A stretch of DNA of 64,000 nucleotides. It comes from the human T2T-CHM13v2.0 reference genome, Homo sapiens. A program made the translations under genes and the position numbers. The stretch lies in assembly GCF_009914755.1 (NCBI RefSeq), contig NC_060932.1; one strand, given 5' to 3'. The first letter of the stretch is position 1. The number at the start of each line of letters is the position of its first letter. Shown here one piece after another: positions 54,996 through 64,000 of this stretch. The notes below the pieces were generated by a model. That model made no database searches. It was not told where the DNA came from and saw only the letters and a list, made by a program, of their open reading frames with translations.

Positions 54996-57691
54996 GCCAT
55001 CTACAAGACAATGAGAAAGGCCTTCAAGGAAACCAATCCTGACAATATCTTGAACTTAGGCTTCTAGCCTCAAAAATTAGGAAAAAATAATTTTTTTGGC
55101 AGCCCTGGGACATTAAGACAGCTAGCATTTATAAGTAGTTTCCTAATATATGTCGTAGAGAACAGTCCATCAACACTCAGAATGTGTGTTTTACCCATCT
55201 ACTAAATGGTGACCACTGTGAAAAAGAATGCTGACAATGCTAGAAAAACGGTGCTTTCATTCAATAGGGACTACTTACATGAAGTGATCTTTCTGCTTCT
55301 GCAACTTGGAATTGACAGAATTAACCTTCATATAGAAAATGTTACATTGACAACAAAATGAATATGCAAATAACATATCAAATAAGAAAGTGGAGATTAT
55401 TAACCACAGTGAGTTCACAGTAGCCCTAAACATTTAGAAAGGGTTGAAAGGTACATGAATACAGAACTACATGCCCTACAATTTGTGGATCAGTGGAAAA
55501 AAGGAGAGGGCATTCTAAATAGAAACAGCCCATAATCAGATATAGAGAAAGTAATGACATTAAAAAAAGTTTGAAAGAAGAGCATCAAGAATAAATTATA
55601 CACTACTTAGAGTAGCTTTCAGGAGTTTCAAAACAGCAGAGTTTTTCTTATGATTTTTAGATTTTTTTATTGATACATAATATGTGAACAGGTTTATAGA
55701 ATGCATGTGATATTTTAATACATGCAAACAATGTGTAATGATTATATCAGGGTATTTGGAATATCTGTCACCTGAAAACATTTATCATTTCTTTGTGTTA
55801 TGAACATTTCAGATCTTCTCTACTAGCTATTTTGAAAAACATAATAGCTTATTGTTAATGATGGTTACCCTAATGTATTATCGAACCCTAGAACTTAATC
55901 CACCTAACTGTATCTTTATACCTATTAACAAACCTCTTTTCTTTATCCACCTCCCTCAACACACACCCTTCCCAGCCTCTAATAACTATCATTCTACTTT
56001 CTACCTCCACGAGATCAACTTTTTTGGCTTCCACATATGAGTTTGAAAATGCTGTGTTTAACTTTCTGTTTCTGGCTTATTTCACTGAATATTATGTTCT
56101 TCAGTTCAATCCATATTGCTGGAAAAGGCAGGTTTTAATCTCTTTTTTATGGCTCAGTAGTATTCCATGGCGCATATATACACCACATTTTTTCTTAATC
56201 CATTCATCTGTTGAGGATCACTTCGCATTTCATCATTTCATATCGTGGCTAATGTGAATAGTGCCACAATTTCTTTAATATACTGATTTCCTTTCCTTTG
56301 CATAAATATGCAGTACTGGGATTGATGGGTCTTAAGATAGTTCTACTTTGAGTTTTTTGAAAAAAATTCATACTTTTAAAAATAATGGCTGTATTAATTT
56401 ACATTCCTACCAAGTGTATAAAAGTTCCCTTTGCTCCACATTCTCACTAGCATTTCTTAGTTTTTGTCTTTTTAATAATAGTAATTCTAACTGGGCAAGA
56501 TGATACCTCATTGTGGTTATGATATGTATTTCTCTGACCATTAGTGATATTGAGCATTTTTTCATATACCCGTATGCCATTTGTATGTATGTCTTCTTTT
56601 TAGGAATGTCTATAGAAAAACATTACCCACTTTTTCATGGAATTTATTTATTTATTTATTTATTTATTTATGCTCTGAGTTGTTTGAGTTGCTTGTATAT
56701 TCAGAATATTCATTCCTTGTGGTATGAATAGTTCTCATATATTTTTTCTCATTCAACAGGTTGTCTCACCGTTCTGTTGATTTTTTATTGCTGTATCGAA
56801 GCTTTTTAATTTGATATAGTTCCAATTGTATTTTTTTGCTTCTGTTGCCTGTGCTTTTGAGCTCTTAGCTATAAAATAATTACGTTGACAAATATCATGA
56901 AGCATTCCCCAAATGTTTACTTCTATTTTTTTTTTATAGTTTCAGGTCTTGAATTTAAGCCTGTAATTCATTTTTATAACTGGTGAAAGATAGGGGTGCA
57001 GTTTTATTCTTTTGCATATGGATATCCAGTTTTTCTAGCCCCGTTAATTGAAGATAATGTCTTTCCCCATTGTGTGCTATTGGAGCCTTTGTGTATGATC
57101 AGTTGGCTGTATATAAGTGGATTTACTTCTTGATTCTCTATTCTGTTCCATTGGTCTGTGTGTCTATTTTTATACTAATACTATGCTGTTTTGATTACTA
57201 TAGCACTGTAATATATTTTGAAGTCAGGTAGTGTGATGCCTCCAGCTGTGTTCTTTTTCCTCAGGATTGCTTCAGAATCTTTTAATTCATACAAATTTTA
57301 GAATTTGTATTACATTTCTGTGAAAAATAGTATTGGCATTTTGATAGGGATTGCATTGAATTTATAAATTGCTTTGCATATTATACTCATTCTACCAATA
57401 TGAATTCATCTTATACATGAGTATGGGATATCCTTCTATTTGTCCTGTTTAATTTTTTTCATCAATGTTTTGTAATTTTCCTCATAGACATCTTTCACCT
57501 CCCTGGTTAAATTTATTCCTGGATATTTTATTTATTTCATAGCTATTGTAAGTGGGATTCCCTTTCTGATTTCATTTTCAACTAGTTCACTATCAGTGTA
57601 GACAAATACTACTAATGTTTATGTTGATTTTGTATCCTGCAATTGTACTGAATTAATTTGTCTGTTGTAATAGTTTCTTTGGGTAGAGTTT

Positions 57692-58171
57692 TTAGGTTTT
57701 TCTAGATAGTAAGATCATGTCTGCAAAGAAGGACAATTTGGCTTCCCTTTTTCTAGCCTGGATGTCTTTTATTTCTTTATCTTGCCTGATTGCTCTGGGT
57801 AGGACTTCCAGTGCTATGTTGAATAGGAGTGGTGAAAGTAGGTATTCTTGTCTTCTTCCAGTTCTTAGAGGAAAGGCTTTCAAATGTTCCCTATTCATTA
57901 TGATGTTAGCTGTGAGTTTGCAACATATGGCCTTTATTATGTTGAGGTATGTTCCTTCTATGCCTAATTTACTAAGAGATTTTATCATGAAAGGGCATTG
58001 AATTTTATCAAATGATCTTTCTGCCTCTACTGAGATAATTATTTGGTTTGTGTTCTTCATTATCTTGATGTGATATATCACATTTATTGATATGTTTATG
58101 GTGAAACATCTCTGCATCCCTGGGATAAATCCCACTTGATCATGGTGTATTTTTTTAATGTGCCACCACAT
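57692..58171 (-). pseudogene. L1 ORF2p reverse-transcriptase remnant
   Basis: [46 protein letters not shown] are L1 RT motifs; FADD is degenerate. Confidence 0.9.
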
Positions 58172-60191
58172 TCTGACTTTTAGTATTTTGTTGAGGATTT
58201 TTGCATCTGTGATATAGGCCTGTAGTTTTCTTTTTGTTGTGTCCTTGTCTGGGTTTGGTATTAGGGTAATGCTGGCCTCACATAATGAATCAGGAAAAAT
58301 ACTCTCCTTTTCAATTTTTTAGAATAGTTTGAGAATTGCTGTTAATTTTTTCTTTTTTAAATAAGTTTGGTGGAATTCAGCAGTAAAGCCTTTCAGTCCT
58401 AGGCATTTGTTTGTTGGAAATTTTTTAAAACTCAGTCAATGTTGTTATTCATTATTGGTCGTTTTGGGTTTTCTGTTACTTCTTGGTTCAGTCTTAAAAG
58501 GTTGTAGGTTTTCAAAAAATTGTCTGTTTCCTCCAGGTTTTATAATGTGTTAGCTATAGTTCTTCATAATAGTCTGTGATTATCCTTTTTATTTCTGTGG
58601 TATCAGTTGTAACTTCTTGTTTCAGATTTTTTTATTTGCGTCTCCTCTTTTATTCTTGGTTAGTCTAGCTATGAGTTTATTGATTTTGCTCATTTTCTCA
58701 AAAAAAAAACCTTTTTGTTATGTTGATTCTTTGTTTTTGTCTCTATTTCATTTCTTCTGCTCTGATACATATTATTTCTTTTTTTCTACTGATGTTCAAT
58801 TTGTTTTGATTTTACTTTCTAGTTCCTTGGGATACATCTTGATGTCATTTACTTAAAATCTTTCTATGTTTTAATGAAGGTATTTATTGATATAAAATTC
58901 CCTCTCAGCACTGTTCTTTCTGTATCACATATGTTTTGGTATGTTATGTTTCCATTTTCATTTGTTTCATTATTTTTTTAATTTTCTTCTTAACTTCTTC
59001 ATTGATCCAGTGGTTATTCTAGAGCATGTTGTTTAATTTCCATGTATTTGTACAGTTCCTAAAGTTCCTCTTGGTACTAATTTCTAGCTTTATTCCATAT
59101 GGTTTCAGAAAATATTTGGTAAGATTTTCATTTTTAAAAATTTGTTGGCAATTGCTTTGTGTCCTAACATATATTCCATTCTCGAGAATGTTCCTTGTGC
59201 TATTGAAAAGAATGCATATTCTATGGCTGTTAAATAAAATGTTCTGTAAATGTCTATTAAGTCCATTTGCTCTAAAATGCAGCTTGAATTTAATGTTTCT
59301 TTGTTGATTTTCTGCCTAATCTTTCCAATGCTGAGAATGGAGTGTTAAAGTTTATTATTATTGTATTGTAGTCTATTTCTCCTTTTATATCTAATAATAA
59401 TTGCTTTCTTTATCTGGATACTCCAGCTTTGGATATGTATTTGTTTATAATTATTATATTATCTTTCTTAATTTTTTTATCATTATATAATGACCTTCTT
59501 TGTCTCTCTTTACTGTTGTTTACTTAAAGTACATTTTATATGATGATGTAAGTATACTTACTCCTTACTTTTGGTTTCTACTTGAGTGGACTATCTTATT
59601 CTATCCTTCATTTTTAATCTATATGTTTCCTAAGAGTTAAATGCATTTTATGTAGACAGCATATAGTTGAATCATTTTTTAATCTATTAAATCAGACTTT
59701 ATCTTTTAACAGCATGATTTAACTCATTTACACTTAAGGTTAATATTGATAGGTGAGGACATATTCCTGTAATTTTGCTAATTGTTTTCTGTTTGCTTTG
59801 TATATCCTTTCTTCTTTGCTTTCTTATTGTTTATAGTGGTAACATTTGAGTTATTTCTCTTTCTGATTTGTCTGTCTGCTCCACCAGTGAATTTTATACT
59901 TTTGTGTGATTTCATGATGGTAAATGTCATCATCTAGCTTCCAGATGTAGGACTGCTTTAAGCATGTTTTACAGGACTGGCCTACTGGTGATGAATTCCC
60001 TCAGGTTTTGCTTGTCTGGAAAAGGTTTTATTTCCTTGTTTTTGAAGAGTAGCTTTCCTGGATATATTATTCTTGACTAGTAGGTTTTTTTGTTTGTTTC
60101 TAACAGAGTTTTGAATAATGATCTCATTCTCTCCTAGCCTGTAAGGTTTCTGCCAGGAAATCCCAAGAAATGCACTTTTAGTCTGATGAGC

Positions 60192-60554
60192 TGTATTAGT
60201 CTGTTCTCATGCTGCTAATAAAGACATACCCGAGACTGGGTAACTTATAAAGAAAAAGAAGATTAATGGAGTCCCATTCCACATGGCTAGGGAGGCCTCA
60301 CAATCGTGACAGAAGGTGAAGGAGGGGCAAAGACACATCTTACATGGTGACAGGCAAGAGAGCTTGGGCAGGAGAACTCCCATTTATAAAACCATCAGAG
60401 CTCGTGAGACTTATTCACTACCATGAGAATAGTATGGGGTAAAATTCTGCCCCAGTGATTCAATTACCTCCCATCAGGTCCCTCCCATAACACATGGGAA
60501 TTATGGGAGTACAATTCAAGATGATATTTCAGTGAGGACACAGCCAAACCATAT
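60192..60554 (-). mobile_element. THE1C/D-like solo LTR nested in L1MA
   Basis: tgtattagtctgttctcatgctgctaataaagacatacccgagactggg ... gacacagccaaaccatat. Confidence 0.92.
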
Positions 60555-60850
60555 GGGTGTTCCCTTATATGTGACTTAATGATTTTTCTCTTGCTGTTAT
60601 TAGCACTCTCTTAGTCTTTGACTTTTGACAGTTTGACTGTTATGTGCCTTGGAGAAGTTTTTTGGGCTCAATATATTTGAAATTGAGATTCCTGTATCTT
60701 GATGTCTCTATTTTTTTAGAGATTTGGCAAATTTTCAGATATTATTTTATTTAATAGATTCTCTATGCCTTTGTGCATTACATCTCATTCTGCAAAACAG
60801 AAAGTTAAAATATTTGCTGACTTTATGGTGATATGTCCCATGGACTTTAT

Positions 60851-61150
60851 TTATTTTATCTTTTTATTCTCTTCTTCCTTTGTATACTGGATTATTTCAA
60901 AAGGCCCATCTTTAAATTCAGAAATTGTCTCTTCTGCTTGATCCAGTCTACTGTTGAAGCTCTCTATTTTATTTTTTATTTCATTTATTGACTTATTCAG
61001 ATCCAGAATTTCTGTTTGATTCTTTTTAATGATATTTAACATTTTGTTGAATTTCTCATTCAGATCATTAATTGTTTTTCTGATTTCTTCATACTGTTTA
61101 TCTATGTTCTCTTGTATCTCACTGAGCTTATTCAATATCATTGTTTTCAA
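60851..61150 (-). pseudogene. L1 ORF1p coiled-coil remnant
   Basis: KKNQTEILDLNKSINEIKNKIESFNSRLDQAEETISEF is typical of L1 ORF1p. Confidence 0.85.
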
Positions 61151-61541
61151 TTATCTTTTAGGCAGTTTATACATTTTTTATTGGAATTTACTGATGAAGA
61201 ATTATTTTGTTCCTTTGGAAGTCTCATGTTTCCTTGTTTTTATATTTTATTTTATTTTTTTATAATGTTTTTTGTGCCCTTACCTTGATTTCTGTGCATC
61301 TGGTGTAAGTCACTTCTTTCAAATTTTTTTTTTATTATTATACTTCAAGTTTTAGGGTACATGTGCACAATGTGCAGGTTAGTTACATATGTACACATGT
61401 GCCATGCTGGTGTGCTGCACCCATTAACTCGTCATTTAGCATTAGGTATATCTCCTAATGCTATCCCTCCCCCGTCCCCCCACCCCACAACAGTCCCCAG
61501 AGTGTGATGTTCCCCTTCCTGTGTCCATGTATTCTCATTGT

Positions 61542-63161
<1,620 letters not shown>

Positions 63162-64000
63162 TAAAGGCATCTATAGTGTAAATTGGATAGCATGTTTTTG
63201 CTTTGATTCTGGGTAACTGCAGTAGGTGTATTCTTTATATGATTTGTTCAGCTATAATCAGCATCAGTGGTGTTTTGTGTTCCTCAGTGTCTAAGGATAA
63301 AGATGTTCTTGCTAGTGGAGGCTGTGGTTAGGCTTTGCTAGGTATGAGGAAACAAAGTGAGTTTGTTCTTAGGCCCTAGTCATAGAGGTGGTGGGGCCTC
63401 CCTTTGGCCACTTGGTGGCATACAGTAGCACCAGTGTTAGAAAGTCTAGGAAGACTGATTTTTGGGCTTCCAGGCAGCTTGTGCTCAGGTGCTGGCTGTG
63501 GCAATGATGGACTAGATAAGCAGGTGTGTCCTAAGACCCTAAGCATTATGTGTGGGGTCAGTGATGACACTAAGGGTCCTGGGTCAGCCTCCAGGTAAGT
63601 GGGTGGCACTGGCAGTCTTGTTAGCAGGCTGGGTAGAAGCTCAGACCCTCAGGGGAAGTGAATGGGTGCCATTGGTAGTAGGTGGGATTGGGAATTCCCA
63701 GACCTTTCCAGATGATGTGTGCAGGCAATGGTAGGGGTGGCACCAGTTGTGGTGAGCCTGTCCTCAGGCCCCTAATTGTACATGTGACATGGGCTGTGCT
63801 GAGTAACATTTCGATCCCCAGACCTCTGGTCTATGTTCACAGGTACCAGCAAACTGGGCAGGCCATCCTTCAGATCCCTGAAAGGCATGTAAAGAAACAA
63901 GTTGCAGCAACTGGGATGAACATATCTCTAGATCCCTGGAGTAGGGTGGCCCCTGATGGGACAGGCCTATTCTCAGGATCCCTGAATGTATACAAGGGCA

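Larger units (their letters stand above)
54116..55120 (+). mobile_element. MLT1B-like LTR interrupted by an Alu and a THE1 LTR
   Basis: Three collinear pieces: 54116-54248, 54556-54663, 54996-55120 (ends ggcagccctgggacattaagaca). Confidence 0.82.

Overview
This is AT-rich, gene-poor primate (almost certainly human) genomic DNA, either intergenic or deep intronic. I found no credible host protein-coding exon, RNA gene or CRISPR array. The recognisable ORFs are L1 ORF1/ORF2 remnants or Alu/LTR read-throughs. Roughly half the window is interspersed repeats: about 11 Alus, old L1M and younger L1PA elements, MaLR LTRs (MLT1, THE1), ERVL/ERV1-type solo LTRs, L2/MIR, and DNA transposon MITEs (MER82, MER20, ORSL-like, MER105-like, and an intact TTAA-flanked piggyBac MER85). 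The most unusual locus is 42.1-43.9 kb. What looks like a truncated Alu there appears to be the inverted 5' arm of a twin-primed retrocopy of the CD24 3'UTR (recognised from memory, needs BLAT), nested in an MLT1 LTR. It sits next to a 32-nt copy of the neighbouring THE1 LTR, within a patch of locally retained CpGs. Two further twin-primed L1PA insertions (one only ~150 bp), a ~220-bp non-tandem local duplication and a tail-less ~30-nt Alu fragment point to a history of templated repair and retrotransposition. I could not support a new multi-gene biological system here. Repeat subfamily names come from recall of consensus sequences, not from a RepeatMasker run.
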